From NCBI GenBank assembly GCA_051530055.1, contig CM121341.1, forward strand, positions 4,752,784 to 4,816,783: 64,000 nucleotides of DNA, written 5' to 3'. Position numbers and translations under genes: made by a program. This DNA comes from Neoechinorhynchus agilis. Its lineage: Eukaryota; Animalia; Acanthocephala. Shown here one piece after another: positions 51,090 to 62,497 of the stretch. Within the stretch, counting starts at the first letter, position 1, and each line of letters starts with the position of its first letter. Below the pieces are notes generated by a model. The model saw only the letters and a program-made list of their open reading frames with translations, was not told the DNA's origin and searched no databases.

Positions 51090-52028
51090 ATGATCAACAC
51101 CAACAACAATAATTCTTTTTATTGTTTACAAAGACTGGATTGTTCATATTTTGATTGTTTTTGTGGCGCGTACAAATTAATTTTATTTTTAAAATCCGAT
51201 ATTTCGGCATCAGAAAGGTTGTTTCGCGATATTAAAAATGCAATCATTTTAATTTCTACGCCAAAAAACATTCTTTTTATTATTAGGAAATTTTTCGAAA
51301 GAGAGAAAACCTCGCCTTACTAATCATCTAAAAAGATCTCGATATGGATTTTCTCGATAATTCGGATCGTATATGAAAGAATGGCGTTTGTATAAAACCC
51401 ATTGGTCACATTATCACATAATCGCTAACAATGAACGAAAATGATTTAAAGTTCCATAAAAGTACTTTGGCATCCAGTCTTCATAGCGTCATACTCAACA
51501 GCCATAATGCAAAGCTCAAGAGATCTGTAATGAAAGCGTTCAAAGTGCCGAACATGTTTGAACTTCACGAAGCAATTACAAACCTCGTGGATGCGTCACG
51601 TTTCGATTTTCGCATAAATGAAGGAAATCAGATCTCTTGGATCGGGGCACGCTCTGCTTTATTTCATTTCAGTTTCAATTAGCGATGTTTGATTCAGAAA
51701 TAGATTTATCTTGAAAATTCTCGGTCTTTTCGTTTTTGTCAGTCAATTGTTTCGCAAGTTTTTCCGATATTTCTTCAAGGGTTTAACGTGGGGTGAAGAT
51801 ACTCGCCCGGAATATTTCGAAAGAGGAAAACCGGAGGACATCTCGATATGGATTATTTTCTCTCCTCCTCAGTTATTTTGTCAAGTACTATTTTTGAATA
51901 GAATTTACATAAAGACGAAGTCTTTTATGCCGGCGTCAATATTTCGACTGTTAATCAAATCCATCTTCAAGGAAGCAGTAAAAACATACACTCAGTATTT
52001 TTTACACGAAAGAACTACGAAACTATGA
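51090..52028 (+). CDS. hypothetical multi-exon gene (two candidate hairpin introns)
   Basis: ORFs 51090-51323, about 51361-51444, 51431-51682 and 51711-52028 can be joined by removing 51300-51360 and 51655-51709 plus one homopolymer indel; family unknown. Confidence 0.4.
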
Positions 52029-52548
52029 TGTTCATTACGTCATGACAGTTGATTGTACAATGTGAGACCACTGCTCGAAATAATAGTTATGAAGCTGTTC
52101 AACCCCCCAATGAAAAGAGAGAATGTTAGCGAAGTGAATATCGGGGAAATTAGGGGTGGCAAAAAATTAAGAAAAACGGTCTGTGTAATTTCGTTATGAG
52201 TCATCGGCTATTGTGGATTTTTGAACGCTTTTAACCCTAAAACACGGATTGAATTCTGATAAGCCGGTTCTATTGATTCAGATGTGGGCTTTTTAGTTTT
52301 TCCTTCTTTTCTATGAAGAAAAAGTCGAGTAAAGAACGTCCAAAATCAGTTCCCTAAGAGATTCGTTGAGCGTTTTTTGACTTGTGCGATAACCAGAATC
52401 TGATCAATAACGGACACTCGACCGAGTAAAGTGGAATTGTGTGAGTCGACGGATTCACGGCATGCGGATTCTCGTGACCCCTTTGACCGATTAGCGTTCG
52501 TGGATCTAAATGCTTTATATGATAAATAAATACGTTTTCGTTTCTATT

Positions 52549-53290
52549 TTACTTTCTATACCAAAGTTTGGCTGTATTTTCTCGTTTGATTTTTCTTTGA
52601 AGTTGAAGGACACCGTAAAGTAAGGCTTCGGCAGATGGAGGACATCCTGGGACGTAAATGTCCACAGGGAGCAATCGGTCGACTCCTCTAACCACAGAAT
52701 ACGAGTAATGGTAATAACCTCCAGAATTGGCACAGCTGCCCATTGAAATGACCCATTTGGGATGAAGCATTTGATCGTAGATTCTCCTGATTCCAGGAGC
52801 CATTTTGTTACACACGGTTCCACTGACTATCATTAAATCAGCTTGCCGAGGACTTGCTCGAAATACTACACCGAATCGATCCATGTCGTATCGAGGTCCG
52901 GCGAACTGCATCATTTCCATGGCACAACAAGCCAATCCAAACGTCAGAGGCCACATTGAACTTCGACGAATGAAATTGAACAAATCGTCGAGTCGTGTTT
53001 ACCTACATTGTCTTTTTTAAACCGAAACAATGAAGGTCTCTAAGCGCGTACTCAGCACTAGCCATCTTGGGATATTGTTTGCCGGGCAAAATAGTGAACG
53101 CCGACTTATTTCCTAATTTGCCCTCTTCAGGAGATACACAAATCTCGGGAGCCGTCGAATGAGGCGTCAAAGGAACATCTTCATCACTAATCCGTTCGAT
53201 TTTTGCTAACGGAATCGCCGATACATTAATCGATCTTAATAGAATCCTAGAACGTGAACAGCAACTTATAATCGATTTCTGTAAAATCAT
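52549..53290 (-). CDS. NDUFS7: NADH dehydrogenase Fe-S protein 7 (PSST), two exons
   Basis: [29 protein letters not shown]...RASPRQAD...[19 protein letters not shown]...PGCPP. The upstream exon ends in AEYAL. Confidence 0.95.
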
Positions 53291-53414
53291 TTCACGCTCG
53301 GTTCCTAACAAATGTGACGTTATGGAAAATTTTGAAAATGATTTCTTTCGGTCTTTTAGCGCAAGTACAAAAGAAATTGGTGACGTTGGTTAGATGGGAT
53401 CGTTTGCGCTTTTC

Positions 53415-54490
53415 CGTGGATTTCCTCGACTATCTTCACACCACACAAATCGATTATGATTTTTCGTCTTCATTTTCGAATGGATCATTTAAATTGGTTT
53501 CAAGGTTGATAAAGTTCACTTTTTCCACGGGGAGGATATCTTTTTTAATTCCTCGACGATCTTCACACCACACAAATCGATTTTTATGATTTTTCGTCTT
53601 CATTTTCGAATGGATCATTTAAATTAGTTTCAAGGTTGATAAAGTTCACTTTTTCCACGGGGAGGATTTCTTTTTTAATTCCTCGACGATCTTCACACCA
53701 CACAAATCGATTATGATTTTTCGTCTTCATTTTCGAATGGATCATTTAAATTAGTTTCAAGGTTGATAAAGTTCACTTTTTCCACGGGGAGGATATCTTT
53801 TTTTATTCCTCGACGATCTTCACACCACACAAATCGATTATGATTTTTCGTCTTCATTTTCGAATGGATCATTTAAATTAGTTTCAAGGTTGATAAAGTT
53901 CACTTTTTCCACGGGGAGGATATCTTTTAATTCCTCGACGATCTTCACACCACACAAATCGATTATGATTTTTCGTCTTCATTTTCGAATGGATCATTTA
54001 AATTAGTTTCAAGGTTGATAAAGTTCACTTTTTCCACGGGGAGGATATCTTTTTTAATTCCTCGACGATCTTCACACCACACAAATCGATTATGATTTTT
54101 CGTCTTCATTTTCGAATGGATCATTTAAATTAGTTTCAAGGTTGATAAAGTTCACTTTTTCCACGGGGGGATATCTTTTTTAATTCCTCGACGATCTTCA
54201 CACCACACAAATCGATTATGATTTTTCGTCTTCATTTTCGAATGGATCATTTAAATTAGTTTCAAGGTTGATAAAGTTCACTTTTTCCACGGGGAGGATA
54301 TCTTTTTTAATTCCTCGACGATCTTCACACCACACAAATCGATTATGATTTTTCGTCTTCATTTTCGAATGGATAATTTAAATTGGTTTCAAGGTTGATA
54401 AAGTTCACTTTTTCCACGGGGAGGATATCTTTTTTAATTCCTCGACGATCTTTTCCTTGCGCCGCACAAATCGATTTTTATGATTTTTCG
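53415..54490 (-). repeat. 127-bp tandem repeat, about 8 copies; reverse complement of the 34430-35495 array
   Basis: Same unit and same terminal variant (ccgtggatttcctcgactatcttc) as the array in MRPL50. Confidence 0.95.
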
Positions 54491-54499
54491 TCTTCATTT

Positions 54500-54810
54500 T
54501 ATAGATGGCGAATGTGACGATGACAGCAAAATACGAGTAGTTAAGGCGTCTTTTCGCCAAGTTGAGTGAGAATTGTCGACCGATTGCCGTAAAATCAAGG
54601 AATTATTCCCACGCTGAAAAGAGCTACATTAAGGAAGAAGTTCGGCGAATGCTCTCTGAGGGAATAATAGTTCCTAGCCAATCGCCTTGGCGGGCTCAAG
54701 TGCTGGTTGTCCGGAATAAAGCCGGAAAGCCTCGAATGGTAATCGATTACGCGTCCACCATCAACAGATACACTGAGCTTGATGCTTACCCCCTTCCCAA
54801 AATTGAGGAT
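54500..54810 (+). mobile_element. Ty3/gypsy pol fragment (start of RT)
   Basis: MLSEGIIVPSQSPWRAQVLVV...RMVIDY...IN...DAYPLPKIED. Confidence 0.85.
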
Positions 54811-55039
54811 TGCTCATTTCGACGCTCAAGTCGTCGACGAGAGCTACGACGCTCTCGCTTTTTCCCGTTGCACTGGTGGATTTTGTTGCTCCCGTTCGCT
54901 GCCGCATCACCAAGTGGAGCGGCACACCGCGTTGCAGTAGCTGTCTGGCCGCCGGAGCTGCTTCTTTTACGCGACCGACAAGAATCACTAACATCAAGTC
55001 CGATCATCGTGAAAGAATATCGAGGTCGTGAAAGAACTT

Positions 55040-55160
55040 GAAACGTATAGACGAGCTGTGGAGATCTAAATTGAAGAACCTCCTCAAGCTTCCGAGGAAT
55101 CTAAGCGATGGCGCATTTTATCTGCCGCTCTCAAAAGTGGTCTAGGATTTAGAAGCCTAA
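55040..55160 (+). mobile_element. fragment of a second R2-related element (RT thumb)
   Basis: IDELWRSKLKNLLKLPRNLSDGAFYLPLSK, homologous to IDEQWRSRLKKLLQLPRSVSDGAFYLPLSKG in the R2 at about 18190-18290. Confidence 0.75.
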
Positions 55161-55889
55161 ATTTTTAAACTAATGACGTTTTTTGGAACGCGTAAACGGC
55201 GGACGTAGCTATGACTGCGACTAAAAGAATTTTCAATTGGAGAGCGAACAGCACAAAATATGGCTGAGACGGCTGCTGAAGGGTCACTAAAAGTGTTCCC
55301 ACAATTTTATGGGCAGAATGAATACTTGCTACTGAGAGTCTTATCGAAATCAATTATTTTATCCTAAATCAATCGTTTTACGCAAATCAACTTTTCAACG
55401 TAATTTTATGAGAAATAGAAGATACAATCAAGCAATAATTTTAAACTGATAATGAGTAATAGAATTGTAAAAGTAACCATGTTTATATTTTATTACCTAA
55501 TAAATGCGCTTCGTACACATGTTATGGATTTAACGTTTTTTCGATATGAACAAAGAAACAGCTCGCACTCGATTTTTGTTTTCCTGTATGTTATTTGCTG
55601 AAAATCAGAAGATATTTCATGAGCAGATGTTGAAATTTTAAAGCTTATGGCGTCATGTTTTCGATATAAAAAACGCAAAAACTGCAGTTGATTTCTTTTT
55701 TCCTGTATGTGATTTTCTCAAAATGAGAAGATATTGCGCGAGCACGTGCTTTAATTTTTAAAACTGCTGACGTTTTTGAAACGAGTAAAAGGCGGACGTA
55801 AGTATGACTTAATGAATGGTAAACGCGTTATGGAATAAACATGTTTTCGATATAAACAACGAAAAAAATAAAGCAGAAATAAAACACTG

Positions 55890-56700
55890 CACTATGTGCT
55901 CAGAAGCGTCCGCGGAGCCGACCCCGAACAAATCGATGCGCTATACACGGCGATAGGAGCAAGAGGAGTTGAAGGTACAGAGGATGCGATCAGGGGATAA
56001 GCTGAGATGAAGCTGCAAACCACCTTATTCAACGCCGGTTGGCTGGAACAGCTAAGAAGGATCGACATGGACGATAGTGCGAAAGCAGCACGCGCAATGT
56101 CCCGTTGCCTAAGAAGAATCAGATGGACAGCGCCGAACACCCAAACGAGATTGCTGCAGGAACAAGCGGTCCGAGCACTGGACGGAGCATCTGAGGCCCT
56201 GGATCACACTCCGGCACTAGATGTGGCCGAATACAGGGCTTGGATGAAGCGGCAAGGCCGCAAGCCTGTGAGCAGAACCTGGGGCTACGTACCACGAGTA
56301 GAGGATGTAGCAATAGCACTTGCGAGTGGCACATCCGTGCTCTCTTGGCTGCTTAAGAACAACCCAGGAAACGTAGTCAACTTGGCTGCGAACTCGACCT
56401 CCGCGCGCATCACAGCGAAACAAAGGGAGTTGGTCGACAAGATGGAAGCCGCCCTGATAAAGAAGGTGATGATAGCTTCCCAGGAAACTGCAGAGGATGC
56501 TAAACGAATGGAAGCCCGGCTAGAGCAAACACCCCTGACAGAACTGAGAAAAATGTCCAATGAGTTCGAGGCCCTTGACCAAGCTGTGAAGCGGCAAGGC
56601 CGCAAACTTGGAGCTACGTGCCTCGCGTGGAGTACGTGGCGATAGCGCTAGCAAGCGGCACATCGGTACTCTCTTGGTTGTTGAGAAACAATCCCGGGAT
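55890..56700 (+). other. GC-rich coding-like fragment with an internally duplicated diverged segment; possible endogenous viral element
   Basis: 212-aa ORF extendable upstream past one stop. 56245-56370 and 56587-56699 encode nearly the same peptide with mostly synonymous differences. Confidence 0.4.
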
Positions 56701-56705
56701 CTATT

Positions 56706-57963
56706 GTGCTCTCCACACATTTTGAAAGACTAACTTCTTCATGTTATACTAAGGTTAACGAGAAGCGTCAACAAAGGCAAGATAATTACCGCGAGATGCG
56801 TAACGCTCAGTATCTCAACAGTGATGAATACAAGAATTCTTTTGGACCACCTGAGTATCATGGTCCATCGAGAGGACGAGCTAGAAGTAGTTTCAGGGGA
56901 TCAGTACTTGGTAGAAGAGGCCGCAATATCCAGGCAGCTAATATTAGCAAAGCCAACACCCAGTCCATATCTTCAAAACTCGAGACAACTAGCAGAGAGT
57001 TATCCGTCATAGAACGTTTTGGTGCGACACAGCGCCGAATTTTCTCCCCTATATAGCGCCATTTGGACTCCAGCAGCTAGAATTGCTGAATCGCTTCCAA
57101 ACGGTCACTGAGGACGAACATGGCTTGGTTAGTGATTCGTTTAATACTTTATGGAAGACGTCAACTATTGCTACACCAAATGTATTCGCCATGATTTCGG
57201 CACTAAGACCAGTTAGAACACAAGACTACATTATTATCAAAAGGCAGAAGCAGGTTAATGTTGATTGGGTCGTTAAGGACAATGCCACAGTGCTTAGGCT
57301 CGAACGATATTTAACAGTAGTTAATGATCCGATAATGATGGGACTTATAAATGCTTGTTATCAAATCTCAACATTGGACCAATTGGACACAGCAATTCTG
57401 TTGAGAACCCATTCTAAACTACCGGATTTGCCAGAAACAGTAGTCGCCGTGGATATGGGAAATGTGCTTGAATTTCTCCAAATCCCACCTATCCGAACTA
57501 AGGATAAGCAAGCGATCATTGAAGCTATGACGGTATTTGGATGTTCGCGTCATGATGGATGGGGCATCACAATGAATTTGGAACTGGAGGATGTTTCTAT
57601 TGAGAGTTTATTCTCACAATTTAAATCAAGCTTTAATAGAACGGACTTTAACCAATATTTGGATTTGACAACATTGCTGTGGTTGCTGTCACTACAGTTT
57701 TGAATTTCACTGATAGTGATTCAAATCCAATCCACAATTATGGTCAGTGGAGATCAGAAAGTCCGATACGATATGAATTACCGTATCGTATGGAAAGAAA
57801 CATCTTTGGAGTACTTGGTACGACAGTACTGCGGCTGTTTGATGTAACACCAGCCAATGAGTTGAATAAGTTGCACTACCAGGCGAAGGAAACTTGCATC
57901 CAGATTGATGGTCCTAATCATGCGGTATTACGCCAGTTGAATATGTCGATCCAATCCATGTAG
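56706..57963 (+). other. frameshifted intronless ORF series of unknown, possibly viral, origin
   Basis: Three adjacent ORFs (116, 206 and 94 aa) with an RG-rich N-terminal part; no host-gene family recognised. Confidence 0.3.
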
Positions 57964-57989
57964 CATTGGCGACAGTCAATTTACACCGA

Positions 57990-58430
57990 TATGGGACGGA
58001 TAGTAATTGACGAGAATACCATCGAAATTATTTTAGCCACTGATGTTAGCGGCCATAAGGCAGCTGTAGAAGATTTCAAGGCAAAGGTGAATTTTGGAAC
58101 TATTTTATATAATTTCGATTGGAAATCGAAACAAAATCGACTTGATATGCTAAAAATGACAATAAGGATGGCGGATGGAGGGACGCCATGCAAACCATGG
58201 AACATATATAAAAGATAGGCGAAAGCCGTACAAGAAGAGTTTTATCTCCAGGTATTGTTAATTTCTCACTAATTTCAACATTAGGAAAACTCACAATGTT
58301 TTAACACTTTACAGGGCGATAAAGAAAAAAAAATTAGGTATGGATGTCACAACGAATTTCGATAGAGGAAGAGTGAATGAATTAGAAGTTCAAATAAAGT
58401 TCATCAAGTTTTCAACTTTACAAACCCTGG
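57990..58430 (+). pseudogene. cyclic nucleotide phosphodiesterase catalytic-domain 3' fragment
   Basis: ILATDVSGH, KMTIRMADGGTPCKPW..YKR*AKAVQEEFYLQ|GDKEKKLG...DR...QIKFI. TAG replaces the conserved Trp; GT-AG intron at 58252-58314. Confidence 0.8.
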
Positions 58431-59136
58431 AAATTCAATTTCTCACTGATTTCAACATTAGGAAAACTCACAATGTTTTAACACTTTACAGGGCGATAAA
58501 GAAAAAAATTAGGTATGGATGTCACAACGAATTGCGATAGAGGAAGAGTGAATGAATTAGAAGTTCAAATAAAGTTTATCAAGTTTTCAACTTTACAAAC
58601 CCTGGAAATTCAATTTCTCACTGATTTCAACATTAGGAAAACTCACAATGTTTTAACACTTTACAGGGCGATAAAGAAAAAAATTAGGTATGGATGTCAC
58701 AACGAATTGCGATAGAGGAAGAGTGAATGAATTAGAAGTTCAAATAAAGTTTATCAAGTTTTCAACTTTACAAACCCTGGAAATTCAATTTCTCACTGAT
58801 TTCAACATTAGGAAAACTCACAATGTTTTAACACTTTACAGGGCGATAAAGAAAAAAATTAGGTATGGATGTCACAACGAATTGCGATAGAGGAAGAGTG
58901 AATGAATTAGAAGTTCAAATAAAGTTTATCAAGTTTTCAACTTTACAAACCCTGGAAATTCAATTTCTCACTGATTTCAACATTAGGAAAACTCACAATG
59001 TTTTAACACTTTACAGGGCGATAAAGAAAAAAATTAGGTATGGATGTCACAACGAATTTCGATAGAGGAAGAGTGAATGAATTAGAAGTTCAAATAAAGT
59101 TCATCAAGTTTTCAACTTTACAAACCCTGGAAATTC
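58262..59136 (+). repeat. five tandem copies of a 175-bp intron-tail plus PDE exon unit
   Basis: ORF starts recur at 58340, 58515, 58690, 58865 and 59040. Confidence 0.95.
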
Positions 59137-59349
59137 TTACCGACGCCCGAGCCCTGCGACCCATTTCATTAGAGAAAGACGCTGTAGGGCTCGAGCTGAT
59201 GATTGGTAACGCAAACGGTACAGATAATAACTCAACAGCTCTCAATATAACGACAATCGTCACGTCAGAATCAAGAAAAACCCCAGCAAAGATTATGAGT
59301 CCTGAACAAATTAGTCGAGTGTGCAGAACGGTATACCCAATATCTCAGG

Positions 59350-59560
59350 AGAATAGGCTGAAGTGCCCCGAATGCGAACTGGTGACGGTTTGAAGGGTTA
59401 AGTTATTTTGGAGCATCAATCCGCCGTTCACCAACCGTTTCGGACTGTTAATTTTTCGTCCGAAGCGCAAAATGGTTCTACTAAGTAATTTTCGACTAGA
59501 TCAGCGCCGATTTCATGGCGTTTTTGAACATGTGAAAGAGCTCTCGTCCACGTTTCGTAT
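59350..59560 (+). mobile_element. degenerate zinc-finger region resembling the R2 N-terminus
   Basis: LKCPECE...ILEHQSAVH across a frameshift, similar in spacing to VECPEC...LKEHFMLEH of the R2 near 20500-20570. Confidence 0.4.
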
Positions 59561-60678
59561 CCACGGAGACACGATCGTTTGTCTTGAAGATGAGTACCAC
59601 CGTAAATCGAGGACCTTAAAAAGTGCCAACCGCGATTCCCAGACACGAGAAGCTCATAAATTGTCTAAGACGAAATCGCTCCCGGAAAGCAAAAAAACCT
59701 CAATAGTTCCGCTAGCCGAGTCTTCGGAACCGTCTGTAGACTAAAACTTTCTCGTCTGGGCCAATTCAATTATGTTCTCGAAACGGAACACTTCATTGAC
59801 AGAGGAAAATCCGTTTCCAATAATTTCCAAAAAAACTACTCACGTTCAATGAGACTCCAAGGTTCACGCTCCAAAATCGCTCGATTCATCAGCGAACAAA
59901 ACAGAACGATGTGCGAAACGTACAAGCAGCGATAGGAAACAGACGGCGATTTGCAATCCACAAAAAAACGGAAGAATTCTTATCCGTTCAATTATTTGGC
60001 GCGCGTTTAAATTTTTATAATCGTTTCTTAATTTGTTGTTTTCAAATTAAGAACGATTTTATTCGTTTTCTAAAGTGTTTTTTAAATGCTCATTGTCTAA
60101 TTGACGGATAGTTGTTTCCTTTTAGTCAATTATTGTTTGTAAGTTTTTAAATATGTGAAGAAATCCAGCGTGATTGGACGAAATATTTCAAATTAAAGTC
60201 TTTGATATATAATTTTCCCCCACCGCCACATACTCATGGATTTTATCTTTAACAATCGATTTTTAAAGCTGCGCACTCATCAGGCGTATTTTTTCGACGA
60301 TGCCATCAGTTTACCATTTCCAGGAAAATTTTTAATAGATCCAATTACGAACAACAGACGTTTCGTTCAGTCTTTTTGATTATCCCACGTTTTTGGGGCT
60401 CCCGAGGAGGCGGGAATCATCTTCATCATTTCTACGGTATTTCGTCCCCTGGATCTGTTGGTGTCGTTATTAGAAACGTTAAAAAAACCCACTGGCAACC
60501 TAACTTTACAGCGGACAATGATAAACGACCACCTTATCTTATAAAGGTTTACTTAATCTCGGAGAAGAGATCCTAGCATAAAAGCGCCAAAGGTCTCTTT
60601 GCGAGCGTTGTTTATTGAAACGTTTAATCTATTGATGATTGTTTGATTGACAATCCGACTGAAAGAGAGTTTATTGAA

Positions 60679-60717
60679 ACACCTAGCTTTCGCCGTCCAA
60701 CGGCTTCTTCAGGGTGT
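60679..60717 (-). ncRNA. minimal hammerhead motif, inverted copy
   Basis: Exact reverse complement of the 50479-50517 motif. Confidence 0.7.
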
Positions 60718-60914
60718 AATTGCTTGTAAGTTTTTAAATAAGCGCAGGATCCCGTCGAACTGTCGATAGCGGAAGCGCTGATCATACCCCGAGAGACCCG
60801 GGATCGTGAGGACTCTAGCGGGCATCGGTCGGTAGGACACTCATTAACCAGAAGGATGAGTTGTCTGCCGTCATGAATCTAATGTGAACTTCCACTTCAC
60901 TCGCATTGTAGATT

Positions 60915-60953
60915 ACACCCTGAAGAAGCCGTTGGACGGCGAAAGCTAGGTGT
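60915..60953 (+). ncRNA. minimal hammerhead motif, direct copy
   Basis: Identical to 50479-50517. Confidence 0.7.
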
Positions 60954-61179
60954 TTCAATAAACTCTCTTTCAGTCGGATTGTCAATCAAACAATCATCAA
61001 TAGATAAAACATGCGGCTGAACAACCAAGCAGCGCTTAGTAATCTTACCAAAACGTTTAATGCTTAAAAGCATTGAACATTCAGTAATGCTGGGTACCGA
61101 TTGAACGGTCGTGCATGACGAAGCGCTGAGCATCAGCAAATTGTTCTTGCTATGATCGGAAAAAAGGTATTATATAGAA

Positions 61180-61930
61180 AACACACTATCTCATATGCAA
61201 GACGTCAGATAAACAATGGCTTCGTTGCAGCGAATGCACATTGGAGCATTCCTCTCGTTCAGAAGATTCACAACTCTTTCAAATATATTCTGGATGAGGT
61301 GTCTCAGGTCCGGATGGTAGCCTGTTCCACGAAGGAGTCGGGAGCGTGGCTGAATGCTCTCCCTGTAGGTAAAATTGGAACTCTCCTTGCTGATTCAGTC
61401 GTCAGGATCGCAGTATCCTTGAGATTAGGCATTGCCGCTGTGGCACTATAGTGGACTCTTCGGGGAGACACGGTCTCATATGCAAGACGTCAGCGATTTC
61501 CAAGGCATGCTGTTTACCAGATCGGTTGGCTGTGTGCCCAAAGAAAATTATCAGCCGTGTGGTCACACAAAGATACTGAAAAGTTACCGGCTGGCCAGAC
61601 TTCAAAAATATCCAAAATCATAGAAAATCTCTGACAATAAAACACACAAGTGCATCGGTCGAATCCGTTATTTTCATCGCCGAACGATTTAAAGGAGGCG
61701 AAACAAGTGCTCGCTAACCGACGGGAATATGAAGTGTTAGAGAAACAATTAGAAAAACTACCTTCAAAGGAAATGATGGAGAATTACCATTTTGTCCCCT
61801 TCGGTGTGGAAACGTACCTTGGGAGGGTCGGCACTGGCCCTCCTGAAGGACTTGGGGAAACGAATCAACGCGGCGACTGGAGTTGTGGGATTCCAACATC
61901 ATCCACTCGAAAAAAAGGTCCAGGAGGAGC
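61180..61930 (+). mobile_element. decayed CRE-clade 3' fragments
   Basis: KESGAWLNALP...LRLGI and HFVPFGVET motifs, with interruptions. Confidence 0.75.
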
Positions 61931-62497
61931 GCCAACTTCCACCCTTTTTCAGCCGAGCTTGGGACCGTTTTTAGGTTGCGCCGGCGCGATAAAGTTTCGA
62001 AGTGCGAAGCAGATCACATACTGCGCAGCACTGAGAAACTGGGAATAACGGGAAATCGGTGACGAGGTAGGCCGAGAAAACGATGGTTAGATTGCATCAA
62101 ACAGGATAAATCGGTTGTCGAGGGAACCGCAACCTCTCTCTCTCGAGAGAGAGAAAAATGCGTGAATGAGAAGAAGGAGAGGAGTGCTGTGATGATAAAG
62201 AGAAAATGTTTATTTCCGAGAGCTTCCGCTGTCTTACGGCTTCTTGATGAATAGTTTAAAAGCGTGAAATACTATTTAATTTTAAAAATCGGTCAGGCTG
62301 TTGTAATGATGAAGAGAAAATGTTTGTTTCCGAGAGCTTCCGCCGTCTTACTTCAGGAATTGTTCTAATGGGCAGCCGTGCGACGGAATTTTCTCTTTAT
62401 TGCAACACCACTCCTCTGCCAAGTAATTTAATAATACGGCTTCAAACGTCAAAAATAGTATTTCACAAGACTCAATGTCGATAAGGCGACAACAAAA

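Larger units (their letters stand above)
60627..61040. mobile_element. Penelope-like pLTR remnant with an inverted partial copy
   Basis: 60745-61040 is near-identical to 50306-50600; 60627-60720 is the reverse complement of about 60912-61005. Confidence 0.85.
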
